From a virus (taxonomy: Duplodnaviria; Caudoviricetes), in IMG/VR virus record IMGVR_UViG_3300048930_000296, positions 1 through 60,621 of that record: DNA of 60,621 nt; one strand, 5' to 3'. Shown here piece by piece: positions 45,200-55,517 of this stretch (its first letter is position 1; each line of letters opens with the position of its first letter). The notes under the pieces were generated by a model. That model ran no database searches, was not told the origin of the DNA, and saw nothing but the letters and a program-made list of their open reading frames with translations. A program made the translations under genes and the position numbers.

Positions 45200-45458
45200 A
45201 CCACAGATTGAGATTCGGACTGAAATTGTCAGGACCGAAATTCCGGCGCCGCTTCTTGAACCTGTTGAAGTGAGAGCACGTCGGGTGACTGGTCTGCAAG
45301 GTGTTGGCGAAGTTCTTGTTGATGCAGCTGATGCGCTTACGCGCGCCAACTGCCAGCTGTCAGGGATTGACGCCATTGACCGTGAAGCTCGCGGTGCTGA
45401 ACTCCGTGATTGGAGCAAATGGTGCCCCGTAAAGGCAGAAGAAACTCCGACGAAATAG
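45135..45458 (+). CDS. o-spanin (Rz1-like lipoprotein)
   Basis: Lipobox VSAC-G; overlaps i-spanin; Pro-rich segment. Confidence 0.8.
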   Translation: MRRFLIGLSICSIALVSACGPEPQIEIRTEIVRTEIPAPLLEPVEVRARRVTGLQGVGEVLVDAADALTRANCQLSGIDAIDREARGAELRDWSKWCPVKAEETPTK

Positions 45459-45485
45459 GTCCAAAAGGATTATTTTTATCACCTG

Positions 45486-45515
45486 TTGCAAAACGAGTGC
45501 GGTCTCCCCTATACT
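45486..45515 (+). promoter_or_regulatory. Promoter for packaging genes
   Basis: TTGCAA-18-TATACT. Confidence 0.55.
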
Positions 45516-45553
45516 CAGCACGAAAGCACCTCTGACATACTAGGGATTGGGCT

Positions 45554-45979
45554 ATGGACTCGGACGCAAGATTTTCGGAGCAAGAGCTCACTGCTGACGA
45601 AATCGCTCTGCGCGATTCCTTCGTATCTGAATATATGCTGGACTTCAACATCTTCCTTTCAGCTATCCGGTGCGGGTTCACAGCGGCTCACGCTTTGGAT
45701 TGGGGGAAGAAGCTTTTCGAAGATGCTTATGTTCAGAAACGCATCATTGAGCTGACCCGCAAGGCACCCGAGAACCCTGAGGCTCAAGCCCAGGCTGACA
45801 AAGAGCTGATTGCGAACACCTATCGCAGCGCAATGGCAACGGGAACCAAGGCTGAACAAATTGCCGCGGCACGAGCGCTGGCAGCAATGCGTGGATTTGA
45901 GAAGCCCGATACGGTTGGCGATGCTGCTGCTGCACTGGCTGACGTCATGCGCGAATTTGCAACTCGAGCTCCTGTGTAA
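45554..45979 (+). CDS. terS: Terminase small subunit
   Basis: FVSEYMLDFN...AIRCGF HTH pattern; directly upstream of TerL. Confidence 0.82.
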   Translation: MDSDARFSEQELTADEIALRDSFVSEYMLDFNIFLSAIRCGFTAAHALDWGKKLFEDAYVQKRIIELTRKAPENPEAQAQADKELIANTYRSAMATGTKAEQIAAARALAAMRGFEKPDTVGDAAAALADVMREFATRAPV

Positions 45980-47301
45980 TGACGAACTTAGTTCTCGAGC
46001 GCCAGATGGCGCGATGGTATCAGCTGAAAGAGCATCCTGTCCAGCGTTCACTTGTGAATGCTGTCGAGAACGGCATTCGTTTTCCAATCGTTCCCGCGGG
46101 ACGTCGATCAGGCAAGACTGAACGTGCGAAACGTTTTGTCGCTCGCCAAGCGATGTGGTATCCCGAAGAAAAGTTCTTCCTTGCTGCGCCCACCTATACG
46201 CAAGCCAAGAAGATCTGGTGGGACGACATGAAGATGCTTACACTGAGTTGCCTGCATGAGCGGAAGCCAAGTGAATCAGAGCTCAAGATCTTTCTTCCGA
46301 ACTCTACTGAGATCCACATTATTGGACTCGACCAACCGCAGCGCATTGAAGGCATCAACTGGACAGGCGGCGTCATTGACGAAATTGCTGACGTTAAGTC
46401 TGAGTCGCTTGAAGCTAACATCATGCCTGCACTTAACACGGTCAATCCAACAAGACCGTTTTATCGTGCCTGGTGCTGGTTCATTGGTGTTCCAGACGGT
46501 CTGAACCATTATTACGATATGGCTGAATACGCCAAGAACAGCGGCGACAAGGACTACGGATATTTTCATTGGACGTCTGAGGAGATTCTTCCTGCTGACG
46601 TGATTGAAGCTGCTAAACGGACAATGTCTAAGAAGCAGTATGACCAGGAATACCGCGCAAGCTTTGAAACTGCAGGCGGACGCATCTACGAAGACTATGG
46701 CAAGGACAACTTGTCAAAAGCTGAAGTAATGCCTCACGAAGTCCTTCATTGGACCCATGACCAGAACTTCACACCTCTGTCAAGCGCAATTGTTGTCATA
46801 CGCGGCGATATGCCATACCTTGTTGACGAAATCGTTCTGACCAGTGCAATCAGCAGGCAGTCCGCAGTAGAGTTCGTTGAGCGGTATAAGGACCATGAGA
46901 ACAAGACTGTTTATATCTATGGTGACCCCGCAGGTCGAGCTGGCGAGAAACATGGGCACAAATCTGATTATACTGAGATTGAAGAAGTTCTTCGCTTGCA
47001 TGGTTGGAAGTTCGAGCGCAGAGTTCGCCCTTCCCATCCGTCTATCAAAGATCGGCAGAATGCGGTCAGGGCGCGTATCAAGAACGCAAAAGACGAAGTT
47101 AAATTCTTCGTGAACCCTATTAAAGCTCCTTGGAGCCACAAAGGGTTGAGCACTGTGCAGCATAAGGAAGGGTCGACTTTTCAAGAAGATGATACGAACA
47201 AATATCAGCATATAACGACTGCGATAGGTTATTTTATAGACTGGCATTGGCCCGCTGGACGATCGCCCGGCGGTAGTGGTAAGGTAACTGGCAACTTCTA
47301 A
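45979..47301 (+). CDS. terL: Terminase large subunit
   Basis: GRRSGKT Walker A, VIDE Walker B, QEYRASF, DQNF..., IYGDPAG. Confidence 0.93.
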   Translation: MTNLVLERQMARWYQLKEHPVQRSLVNAVENGIRFPIVPAGRRSGKTERAKRFVARQAMWYPEEKFFLAAPTYTQAKKIWWDDMKMLTLSCLHERKPSESELKIFLPNSTEIHIIGLDQPQRIEGINWTGGVIDEIADVKSESLEANIMPALNTVNPTRPFYRAWCWFIGVPDGLNHYYDMAEYAKNSGDKDYGYFHWTSEEILPADVIEAAKRTMSKKQYDQEYRASFETAGGRIYEDYGKDNLSKAEVMPHEVLHWTHDQNFTPLSSAIVVIRGDMPYLVDEIVLTSAISRQSAVEFVERYKDHENKTVYIYGDPAGRAGEKHGHKSDYTEIEEVLRLHGWKFERRVRPSHPSIKDRQNAVRARIKNAKDEVKFFVNPIKAPWSHKGLSTVQHKEGSTFQEDDTNKYQHITTAIGYFIDWHWPAGRSPGGSGKVTGNF

Positions 47302-47316
47302 AACGGGGGCAGCCCA

Positions 47317-48903
47317 ATGGGCCTCGATTCCAAACATCCTGACTATCTGTCGCACATTGACGACTGGATTATGATGCGGGATTTCTATCGGGGTGAGCGG
47401 GTTGTCAAATCGAAGACGACCACATACCTTCCTGCAACTTCAGGTATGATCATTGACGGAATGGGGAAGGCTGCTTCTGGGCGTGTCAACCTTGGGCAAG
47501 CTGCCTATGACGCGTATCTTACCAGAGCATTGTTCCCTGACTATGTCAAAGAGGCGGTTGAGGCGTATATCGGTCTTCTGCACCAGAAGTCGCCTACTAT
47601 CCAACTGCCTAAGGCGCTGGAGCCACTTCGTGAAAAGGCTTCGCTGTATGGTGAATCCCTTGAGATGCTTCTTCGCCGGATTAACGAGGAGCAGCTCGTT
47701 AGCGGTCGGATGGGCATTCTGCTTGATCTCCCCGGTGAAGTGACGTTCGGCCCGGATACAGTTCCGTATATTGCAACGTATGTTGCTGAATCAGCAATCA
47801 ACTGGGACGCTGGCCAAATTGGTGAGGGTGCAGCTAAGCTTGAATTAGTCATTCTTAACGAAAGCGGTGTTCGTCGCAATCAAAGCTTCGATTGGGTTGT
47901 TCAATCGAAATACCGTGTCTTGGAGCTGCACAATCCCACAGAAAGTGATCAACTCCAAGAAGGGATTGAAAATACTGAAGCGGTAACGCCAGTTCAGCAG
48001 ACTGGTAGAACATATCGTTTTGGTGTATTTACAAGCGAAGGCAATGGTGCGCCATCCTACGTTGAAACTGACATGCGAGAAGCACTCTGGCGCGGTCAGA
48101 CTTTGGACGAAATTCCATTTGTCTTTGTCAATTCGAAAGACATTACCGCTGAGCCTGATGAGCCGCCGTTGATGGGGTTGGCGCGCCTGTGTCGTGCGAT
48201 CTACTGTGGCGAAGCTGACCTGCGACAGAACCTGTTCATGCAAGGCCAAGACACGCTTGTCATTTCCGGTGAGCGCAAAAAGCCTGTTGATGCAGTGGTT
48301 AGTGATACCGCTATTCGCACAGGCGCAGGAAGTATGATTGAGCTTGAGCAGGGTGGGACAGCTGAATATGTTGGTGTTACTGCAAACGGGCTGAACGAAC
48401 AACGTGAAACCCTGAAAGATGATCACCAGCGGGCTGCATCTCGAGCTGGTCAGCTTATCAACACAAAAGCAAACGGTGTCGAAAGTGGAGATGCGCTGAA
48501 GACTCGTGTTGCAGCTCAAACCGCTACACTGAACATGATTGCATTAACGAGTGCAGCCGCGCTCGAGCAGCTTCTGAAGATTGCTGCCAAATGGGTTGGA
48601 GCTGACCCTGATGAAGTCAAGGTGCAACCGAACCTTGAATTCTCTGATTACGATATGACTGGCGACAATCTTGTTAAGCTGATGACAGCTCGGAAAGAAG
48701 GCGCGCCGCTCAGCAAGGAATCGATCCATGCGCTTATGGCTGATCAGGGCCTGACCCGTATGGACTTCAAGACTGAGATTGCTACCATCAAGAAAGAGGA
48801 TGCTGATATGCCTCCTCCTGCTCCTTCGTCTGGCACACCTGGAGCACAAACGACCCCCGCGCCAAAAGAACCCAAGCCTGGGGAAGAAACGAAAACGCCA
48901 TAA
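47317..48903 (+). CDS. Portal protein (DUF4055-like)
   Basis: Follows TerL; HPDY...W, YL.RA, GR.GILLD, IPFVF, PPL..LA motifs. Confidence 0.87.
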   Translation: MGLDSKHPDYLSHIDDWIMMRDFYRGERVVKSKTTTYLPATSGMIIDGMGKAASGRVNLGQAAYDAYLTRALFPDYVKEAVEAYIGLLHQKSPTIQLPKALEPLREKASLYGESLEMLLRRINEEQLVSGRMGILLDLPGEVTFGPDTVPYIATYVAESAINWDAGQIGEGAAKLELVILNESGVRRNQSFDWVVQSKYRVLELHNPTESDQLQEGIENTEAVTPVQQTGRTYRFGVFTSEGNGAPSYVETDMREALWRGQTLDEIPFVFVNSKDITAEPDEPPLMGLARLCRAIYCGEADLRQNLFMQGQDTLVISGERKKPVDAVVSDTAIRTGAGSMIELEQGGTAEYVGVTANGLNEQRETLKDDHQRAASRAGQLINTKANGVESGDALKTRVAAQTATLNMIALTSAAALEQLLKIAAKWVGADPDEVKVQPNLEFSDYDMTGDNLVKLMTARKEGAPLSKESIHALMADQGLTRMDFKTEIATIKKEDADMPPPAPSSGTPGAQTTPAPKEPKPGEETKTP

Positions 48904-48915
48904 GAGGAGTTGAAC

Positions 48916-49728
48916 ATGGCACTGAAGGCAATTCTTGATTCAATTGATGATCTCCCGGACGCCCTGAAGGGGGAATACGTCCAGAAGGGGGACAAGTATG
49001 AGCTCCAGGTTGAGGGAATGAAGACTGAGGCTGACGTTGCCCGGGTCCAAGAAGCCCTCCGCAAGGAGAAAAACGATTTCACCGCGTTCAAGGCGCAGTT
49101 TGCCCCGCTGGCGGGCAAGAAGGTTGAAGACGTCGTTGCTGCACTCGACCGCATCCCTGAGCTTGAAGCTGCCGCTCAGGGAAAGCTCGATGACACCAAG
49201 ATCAACGAGATTGTCGAGACCAGGCTGAAGGCGCGCGTCGCCCCGATCGAACGTGAGAACACGCAGCTGAAGGCGACCGTCGCGGAAAAGGATACGGTCA
49301 TCGCTGGCTACGAGGGCAAGGAAAAGACCCGCAGCATCCATGATGCTGTGCGGAAAGCTGCGAACGCGGTGAAAGTTGTCCCCGAGGCAATCGAAGATGC
49401 CCTGATCCTTGCTGAGCGCCATTTCCAGGTTGACGAATCCGGCCGTGTGGTCACAAAGGATGGTGTCGGGGTGACGCCTGGTATCCAACCCGAGGCCTGG
49501 TTCACCGATCTTCAGTCGACTCGGAAGCATTGGTGGGGCGCGAACATCGGTGGCGGCGGGAATGGGAATCGTGGCGGTAATGGTGGCGCTGACAACCCGT
49601 GGACCGCCGAAAACTGGAACATGACCAAGCAAGGCCAGATCGTTCGTGAGAATCCGCAGAAAGCGGAACAGCTTGCGAAAGTTGCTGGAACGAAGGTCGG
49701 CGGCCCGAAACCCGCCCCGAAGAAGTAA
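48916..49728 (+). CDS. Capsid scaffolding protein
   Basis: Coiled coil, Gly-rich linker, NPW...WNMTKQ C-terminus; upstream of capsid gene. Confidence 0.8.
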   Translation: MALKAILDSIDDLPDALKGEYVQKGDKYELQVEGMKTEADVARVQEALRKEKNDFTAFKAQFAPLAGKKVEDVVAALDRIPELEAAAQGKLDDTKINEIVETRLKARVAPIERENTQLKATVAEKDTVIAGYEGKEKTRSIHDAVRKAANAVKVVPEAIEDALILAERHFQVDESGRVVTKDGVGVTPGIQPEAWFTDLQSTRKHWWGANIGGGGNGNRGGNGGADNPWTAENWNMTKQGQIVRENPQKAEQLAKVAGTKVGGPKPAPKK

Positions 49729-49746
49729 AGTTCGCAATTTTCGGGC

Positions 49747-49776
49747 TTGCGTGCTAAGGTTGGTCCATGCTACTGT
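49747..49776 (+). promoter_or_regulatory. Promoter for major capsid gene
   Basis: TTGCGT-18-TACTGT. Confidence 0.5.
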
Positions 49777-49881
49777 CACTGATAAGGTGGCATGGGCCAA
49801 CCTCCAACACAGGCGTTGACCGAGCATGGGTTCGGATCAGTCTGGAACAAATCTGAAACCAATCCCAAGGAGATATGTCCC

Positions 49882-50919
49882 ATGGCATCGGGCATCACCA
49901 AACTTGCTGACGTCATCGTCCCGGAAGTCTTCAGCCCCTACACGCAGCAGATGACGCAGGAGAAATCCCGTCTGATCCGCTCCGGGGCGATCGTGATGGA
50001 TGGCGCACTGAACACTGCGCTGGCTGGAGGCGGTCTGACGTTCAACGAGCCGTCGTTCAAGGACCTCGACAACGACGCTGAGAACGTTTCGTCCGACGAC
50101 AACACCACGACGTCCACGCCGAACAAGATCGGCACCGCAACCGAGATCCAGGTCCGCCTGTCGCGGAACAACTCCTGGAGCTCCATGGACCTTACCGGCG
50201 ACCTGGCTGGTGAAGATCCGATGAACGCCATTTCCAACCGCGTGTCCGACTATTGGGTGCGTCGTGTGCAGGCTGCGTTCGTTGCAACCCTGACCGGCGT
50301 GTTCGCTGACAACGACGCGGCTCCTGGCGGCAGCGATACCCACACGGCGGGCGACATGACCCACGATGTGTCAGGCGCTGTGTTCGCTGAAGGCATCACC
50401 AACTTCACCGCTGAAGCGTTCATCGACGCGACGGCCACCATGGGCGACTCCATGGGGAATCTGACGATGGTGATGATGCACTCGTTGGTCTATGCCCGGG
50501 CGCAGAAGAACAACCTGATCGACTTCGTGTCGGACAGCGTCAACGGCAACGCGGTTTCCATCCCGACCTTCCTGGGACGCGAAGTGATCGTTGACGATGG
50601 CGTCACCCAGGCGGCCGGCGTGTTCAACACCTGGCTCTTCGGTGCTGGTGCGATCCGGATGGGTATGGGTTCGCCCAAGGTTCCCACCGAAGTCGATCGC
50701 GCGCCTGCTGCCGGCAACGGCGGTGGTCAGGAAGTGCTCTACAACCGCGTCGAGTGGATCATCCACCCGGTCGGTCACGCCTATGTGGGCACCCCCGCCA
50801 ACGGTGGTCCGTCGAACGCCAGCACTTCCAACAACCTGGCGAACGCTGCCAGCTGGAGCCGGCGTTTCCCGGAGCGCAAACAGATCAACATCGCGCGTCT
50901 GATCACCCGCGAATACTGA
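49882..50919 (+). CDS. Major capsid protein
   Basis: AAGGAG RBS; DVIVPEVF..Y, DPMNAI...YW, VIVDDG; strongly biased codon usage. Confidence 0.92.
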   Translation: MASGITKLADVIVPEVFSPYTQQMTQEKSRLIRSGAIVMDGALNTALAGGGLTFNEPSFKDLDNDAENVSSDDNTTTSTPNKIGTATEIQVRLSRNNSWSSMDLTGDLAGEDPMNAISNRVSDYWVRRVQAAFVATLTGVFADNDAAPGGSDTHTAGDMTHDVSGAVFAEGITNFTAEAFIDATATMGDSMGNLTMVMMHSLVYARAQKNNLIDFVSDSVNGNAVSIPTFLGREVIVDDGVTQAAGVFNTWLFGAGAIRMGMGSPKVPTEVDRAPAAGNGGGQEVLYNRVEWIIHPVGHAYVGTPANGGPSNASTSNNLANAASWSRRFPERKQINIARLITREY

Positions 50920-50927
50920 TCGGTCGC

Positions 50928-50951
50928 AGGGGGCGTCTAACGGCGCCCCCT
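50928..50951 (+). terminator. Hairpin after capsid gene
   Basis: agggggcgtc-taac-ggcgccccct; no U-tract. Confidence 0.55.
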
Positions 50952-50977
50952 AACGCAACCTCTGGAGAAACATCGAA

Positions 50978-51502
50978 ATGGGTAAAGGCCTCGCACGTTC
51001 GCTGGCACGCGGAAAGTCCGCTGTCGCACCCATCATCAAGCAGACCATCGGGCTTGATGATGTCGCCATCACCGTCACTGCTGTCAGCACTGCTGTCGGT
51101 TTCGGAACCGCTGTCATCGGGGATTTCCCCGCCGGCAACATCCTGTTCCTTGGCGCAGTTTCCTATCTGCGCTTCACCACGGCGGACACCGACCTGACCG
51201 CCACCTTTGACGGCGACTACAGCATCGGAACTGCTCCGACTGCCGATGCCACGCTGAGCGGCTCTGAAGTTGACGTGATTCCGTCGACTGCGCTTGGCGC
51301 AGCAACTGCTCGGGTCTCCCCCGTTGCGCGGGGCGCAAGCGCTGCCGCTCAGACCGGGGTGATCTTTGACAACACCGACGGTTCGCTTGAGCTGAACCTG
51401 AACTTGCTGATTGACGCTGCGAACATTGCAGACGATACATCAGCGACGTTGACGGTTGACGGTGTCGTCTACGTCTCCTACATCGTTCTCGGCGACGATT
51501 GA
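50978..51502 (+). CDS. Virion structural protein (decoration-like)
   Basis: Beta-rich, directly after capsid gene. Confidence 0.7.
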   Translation: MGKGLARSLARGKSAVAPIIKQTIGLDDVAITVTAVSTAVGFGTAVIGDFPAGNILFLGAVSYLRFTTADTDLTATFDGDYSIGTAPTADATLSGSEVDVIPSTALGAATARVSPVARGASAAAQTGVIFDNTDGSLELNLNLLIDAANIADDTSATLTVDGVVYVSYIVLGDD

Positions 51503-51525
51503 TCGCCCCCAACCTGGAGTTGAAA

Positions 51526-52257
51526 ATGGATATCCCGGCGCTTCAAGCGGTCCTGCAGAAACTGGATGTCACCAACGACACCCATTGGACGGCGGACGGT
51601 CAACCCCGCCTTGACACTGTGAAGATGATGGCGGGGAACCCCGGCGTCACCCGTGAGCAAGTTGAGGCCGCTGCGCCGGGGTATTCCCGCAGCAACGCGG
51701 GCAGCTACACTATGCAACCCCCTGCCGCTGCACCCCAGGCCGGGGAAACCGGGACCGCCCCTGTAGAGGCCCCTGTTGCGCCCCCTGCCCCAGCTGACAT
51801 CACCAACCCCGAGTCGGAGGGTTCTGATGGTGCTGCTCCCTTTTCCGAGGTCAAGTCCGAACAGCCCGCGCTGGTCGACGGAATCGGATCTGCCGGTGCA
51901 GAAGATGACGTCGCATCGCTGGAAACGAAGCTGGCCGAAGCGATCGCGCATACCCAAGAGATCCGTGAAGCCTTGGACCATGTGAACAAGCTTCTGAAGG
52001 AAGCGATCGCTGAGGAAGACCGTCTGCGGGACTTGCTGAAGGTGGATGAACGCACGTCGAACATCCAGGCGATCCAGGGCTACCTCGCCAGCCAGAAACG
52101 CATTCTGGAAGATCGCGCCCGTCGGCGTGCTATCATTCAGGAATCTGGCGTCGACCTGAAGGAGCTCACCGCAAACCTGAAGGCGCCGATCGACGCTGCA
52201 ATGGCCCGTCGGACAGGCCGTGGTGGTTCGCGTCCTTCGATTCCGCTGAAACGCTGA
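51526..52257 (+). CDS. Hypothetical head-region protein
   Basis: GGAG RBS; HWTADGQP motif, Pro/Ala linker, coiled coil. Confidence 0.7.
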   Translation: MDIPALQAVLQKLDVTNDTHWTADGQPRLDTVKMMAGNPGVTREQVEAAAPGYSRSNAGSYTMQPPAAAPQAGETGTAPVEAPVAPPAPADITNPESEGSDGAAPFSEVKSEQPALVDGIGSAGAEDDVASLETKLAEAIAHTQEIREALDHVNKLLKEAIAEEDRLRDLLKVDERTSNIQAIQGYLASQKRILEDRARRRAIIQESGVDLKELTANLKAPIDAAMARRTGRGGSRPSIPLKR

Positions 52258-52270
52258 AAGGGGATCAACG

Positions 52271-52603
52271 GTGCAACTTTCAAAGGACCGTCGGCAGCGG
52301 GCAAAGATTGACGCGGTGAGGTTCAAGCCCCTTATCGCAAGCCCTGCCGTTGGCCCTTTTATCATGCCTGGCAGCGCAACTCTCTTTGCTCTGAGCATTG
52401 CGGGTTGCGCTGCCGGAACGACTGCCGCAACCTACACCTCGAGCTCTGGTGCAAAAGCAGTGAAGACGCCATTGCTTGTCGCAGGGGGGTTCACGCCTAT
52501 CGGTTTCGTTGAAAAAGGCATCACTCTTACTCCTGCAACAGGCTTTGAAATTTACATGGATTCAGGCCTTGGTCGCAGGGTGAAAATCGCGAAAGGTGCG
52601 TGA
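52271..52603 (+). CDS. Hypothetical virion protein
   Basis: Coupled ORF in the head-tail region. Confidence 0.6.
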   Translation: MQLSKDRRQRAKIDAVRFKPLIASPAVGPFIMPGSATLFALSIAGCAAGTTAATYTSSSGAKAVKTPLLVAGGFTPIGFVEKGITLTPATGFEIYMDSGLGRRVKIAKGA

Positions 52604-53097
52604 TGGCATTCACTGTCGAAGATGGCACGGGTGTAACCGACGCCAACTCCTGGACCGATGTTGCGTTTGCTGACGCATACTTTGCCGACCGAGCTATCAC
52701 CGCTTGGACTGGCTCGAACAGCGTCAAGGAAGCTGCGCTGATCCGCGCAGCAGATTACATCCATACTCGGTTCGGCGCAAACTGGATTTACGTCGACCCC
52801 GATGAGGTTGATCCGAACGTTCTTTACACTTTCGGCGGAACGATCCCTGTTCTTCTGAAGAAAGCTCAGAGCGAGTATGCAGTTCGCGCATTGACCACAG
52901 TGCTGGCACCTGACCCCGAAGTTGACGCCAGCGGGGTTCAGACTGTGGTTATCCAGAAAGTTCTTGGGCCACTCGAGAAGAAATTCCAACGAGTTGGCAA
53001 TCCGATGTCTGCCCCGCCTTTGCTGCGGAACTACCCTGCCGCTGACCTGCTTCTTGCTTCGCTTGTCAATCCTGCAAGCGGAAGGACGTATCGCTGA
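52603..53097 (+). CDS. Head-tail adaptor
   Basis: FTVEDGTG...ANS...ADAYF..R motif. Confidence 0.78.
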   Translation: MAFTVEDGTGVTDANSWTDVAFADAYFADRAITAWTGSNSVKEAALIRAADYIHTRFGANWIYVDPDEVDPNVLYTFGGTIPVLLKKAQSEYAVRALTTVLAPDPEVDASGVQTVVIQKVLGPLEKKFQRVGNPMSAPPLLRNYPAADLLLASLVNPASGRTYR

Positions 53098-53522
53098 TGT
53101 CACTCGAAGACGATCTTGACTTTCTTGAGCTTGCACATGAGCTCATCAACGAGAACGGTCGGACCGTCACCGTTGGAAAGATGCTTGACGTCAAGCCTGA
53201 TGCTGCCCGACCCTGGAAAGGAGCAGGCACTGGTGTCGCTCCTGGGTTGAATCCGAGTTACACGGTCAAAGGCGTCTTTCTTCCGGACATGACGCTTGGC
53301 CTCATTGGTGGCAGCGGATTCGGTCGAATGGACAAGATCGAGGAGCTAATCAAAGAGTCTGAGCGAGTTGTTCTTGTTGCTCACCCTGATGGTGTAACGA
53401 TCGCAAACTTCACGTCCTGCAACGTTGTTGTTGATACGGATGGGCGGTTTCGCATTCATGCTCGCAAGGTTCTGATGCCTGGTGACACGCCCATCTTTTA
53501 CGCATTGGGGTTGATTAGATGA
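53097..53522 (+). CDS. Head closure / head-tail joining protein
   Basis: Position and size. Confidence 0.6.
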   Translation: MSLEDDLDFLELAHELINENGRTVTVGKMLDVKPDAARPWKGAGTGVAPGLNPSYTVKGVFLPDMTLGLIGGSGFGRMDKIEELIKESERVVLVAHPDGVTIANFTSCNVVVDTDGRFRIHARKVLMPGDTPIFYALGLIR

Positions 53523-53929
53523 CGCCCGAGCAAGCGGTTGACGCAATTCTTGACATCTTCAAAGCTGCCTGGGATACAACTGGATATCCTGCGCTTTATG
53601 ATGACAAGTCGGGTGAAATTCCCACTAGCGAAACCCCGTGGGCTCGTGCTACTATCAAGCACGCTACAGGGGCTCAATCGACTCTAGCTGGTGCGTCTGG
53701 GACGAAACGGTTCACTGAGACTGGGACTCTGTTTGTTCAAGTGTTCACGCCTGTAGGAGATGGCTCGACGGCGTGCTATAAGCTGGCTAAAGTGGTGCGA
53801 GATGCTTATCGGGACGCACGCGATCCGGAACTGTGGTTCCGCAACGTGTTCTTGGAAGAGATCGGTATCAACAAAGCCTTCCGTCAAATCAATGTCCAAG
53901 CGACATTCTCCTACGATGAGGTGAGATAA
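53519..53929 (+). CDS. Tail terminator protein
   Basis: W.R......GTLFVQVFTP.G.G motif; upstream of tail tube gene. Confidence 0.72.
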   Translation: MTPEQAVDAILDIFKAAWDTTGYPALYDDKSGEIPTSETPWARATIKHATGAQSTLAGASGTKRFTETGTLFVQVFTPVGDGSTACYKLAKVVRDAYRDARDPELWFRNVFLEEIGINKAFRQINVQATFSYDEVR

Positions 53930-53934
53930 GCACA

Positions 53935-55461
53935 ATGGCTGACAAAATCGACTCCAACGTCACCGGGCTGAGCTTCGCTGAAGAAGCGTCGCTTGGCGTT
54001 CTTCCGGGTTCCCCTGTCTGGCACGCCCTTGAACCGAACAGCTATTCGGACTTTGGCGGGCAGATCAAGACGGTTGCGCGCAACCCGATCAACCAGACCC
54101 GTCAGCGCAAGAAGGGCGTCATCACCGACCTCGATGCTTCTGGTGGCTTCAACCAGGACCTGACGTTCGCGAACACTATCCGCATTCTGCAAGGGTTCAT
54201 GTTCGCAAACATCCGCGAGAAGAAGACCACGAAGCCGCTCAACAGCGCAGCGATTCCGGTCACTGGTGTCACCGCCGCTGACGACACCTTTGCTGCCGCG
54301 TCTGGTCTGAGCGGGTTCCTGGCGAACCAACTGGTGCTGGCTTCCGGGTTTGGTGTTCCTGCGAACAACGGATTGAAGGTTGTGGCGTCTGCTTCCACAG
54401 CAACTGCTGTCGTTGTCGGTGATGGGTTGGTTGACGAAGCTTCCCCGCCTGCTGATGCAGCTTTGCAAGCGGTCGGATACCAGTTCGCCAGTGCCACGCT
54501 CAATGTGGTCATGTCTGGTAACATCTGCACGCTGTCCCGCGCCTCCGGAACGTTCGATCTGACGACGCTCGGTCTGTTGCCGGGTGAGTGGATCTTTGTT
54601 GGCGGTGACAATGCTTCGCTTCGTTTCGCCAACAACCAAGGGTGGGCCCGTGTCAAGAGCGTGACCGCAACTCTGATCACCCTCGACAAGACGAGCTGGA
54701 CTGGTGGCAACGAGACGGGCACCGGCAAGACGATCCAAATCTTCTTCGGAGACATCCTGCGGAACGAACCCGCAGCGGCTGACATCGTTCGTCGCACCTA
54801 CCAACTCGAGCGCACCTTGGGCGAAGACGATGATGGCACGATGTCTGAATATCTTGTTGGCGCAGTTGCCAACGAGATGACGATCAACATCCCGATGGCG
54901 GACAAGGTCATGCTGGACATGTCGTTCGTTGCAATCGACAACGAGCAGTATACGGGACTTGAGGGAACGAAGTCCGGGACCCGCGTGCCTGTCGTTGAAG
55001 AAGACGCTTACAATACCAGCGTCGACGTTCGCCGTGTGAAGCTTTACCAGTCGGATGATACCAATTCGGCACCAGCTCCGCTCTTTGCTTTCGCAACTGA
55101 GCTTTCGCTGATGGTGAAGAACAACGCAAGCCCGAACAAGGCTATCGGGGTTCTCGGTTCGTTCGAAGTGACGACCGGCACGTTCGAAGTTGGTGGTTCC
55201 TTGACCGTCTACTTTGCCAACATCGAAGCTGTGCAGGCGGTCCGGAACAACGCGGACATCACCCTGGACATCTGCCTGGTGAAGGACAACAAGGGGCTTC
55301 TGATCGACGTCCCGTTGATTGCTCTTGGTGACGGTCGTCTGTCTGTTGAGCAGGACCAGCCCATCACGCTTCCGTTGGAAACGATGGCAGCGCAGCATGG
55401 GACGCTTGGCTATACCCTGCTCATCGGGCGCTTTTCCTACTTGCCCGACCTCGCTAGCTAA
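53935..55461 (+). CDS. Major tail tube protein
   Basis: KIDSNVTGL..AEE, EPNSYSDFGG, RQRKKGV; 508 aa. Confidence 0.85.
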   Translation: MADKIDSNVTGLSFAEEASLGVLPGSPVWHALEPNSYSDFGGQIKTVARNPINQTRQRKKGVITDLDASGGFNQDLTFANTIRILQGFMFANIREKKTTKPLNSAAIPVTGVTAADDTFAAASGLSGFLANQLVLASGFGVPANNGLKVVASASTATAVVVGDGLVDEASPPADAALQAVGYQFASATLNVVMSGNICTLSRASGTFDLTTLGLLPGEWIFVGGDNASLRFANNQGWARVKSVTATLITLDKTSWTGGNETGTGKTIQIFFGDILRNEPAAADIVRRTYQLERTLGEDDDGTMSEYLVGAVANEMTINIPMADKVMLDMSFVAIDNEQYTGLEGTKSGTRVPVVEEDAYNTSVDVRRVKLYQSDDTNSAPAPLFAFATELSLMVKNNASPNKAIGVLGSFEVTTGTFEVGGSLTVYFANIEAVQAVRNNADITLDICLVKDNKGLLIDVPLIALGDGRLSVEQDQPITLPLETMAAQHGTLGYTLLIGRFSYLPDLAS

Positions 55462-55517
55462 GGGTAAGGTGCCTGGGCGGGGGTGCAGCTCCCGCCCAAC
55501 CACACAGGAGAAAGTCC

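Noticed and set aside
53911-55503. Long antisense ORFs (for example 53911-55503, 14291-15301, 30518-31561, 48940-49827)
   Set aside because: They are shadows of well-supported genes on the opposite strand, with no recognisable motifs.
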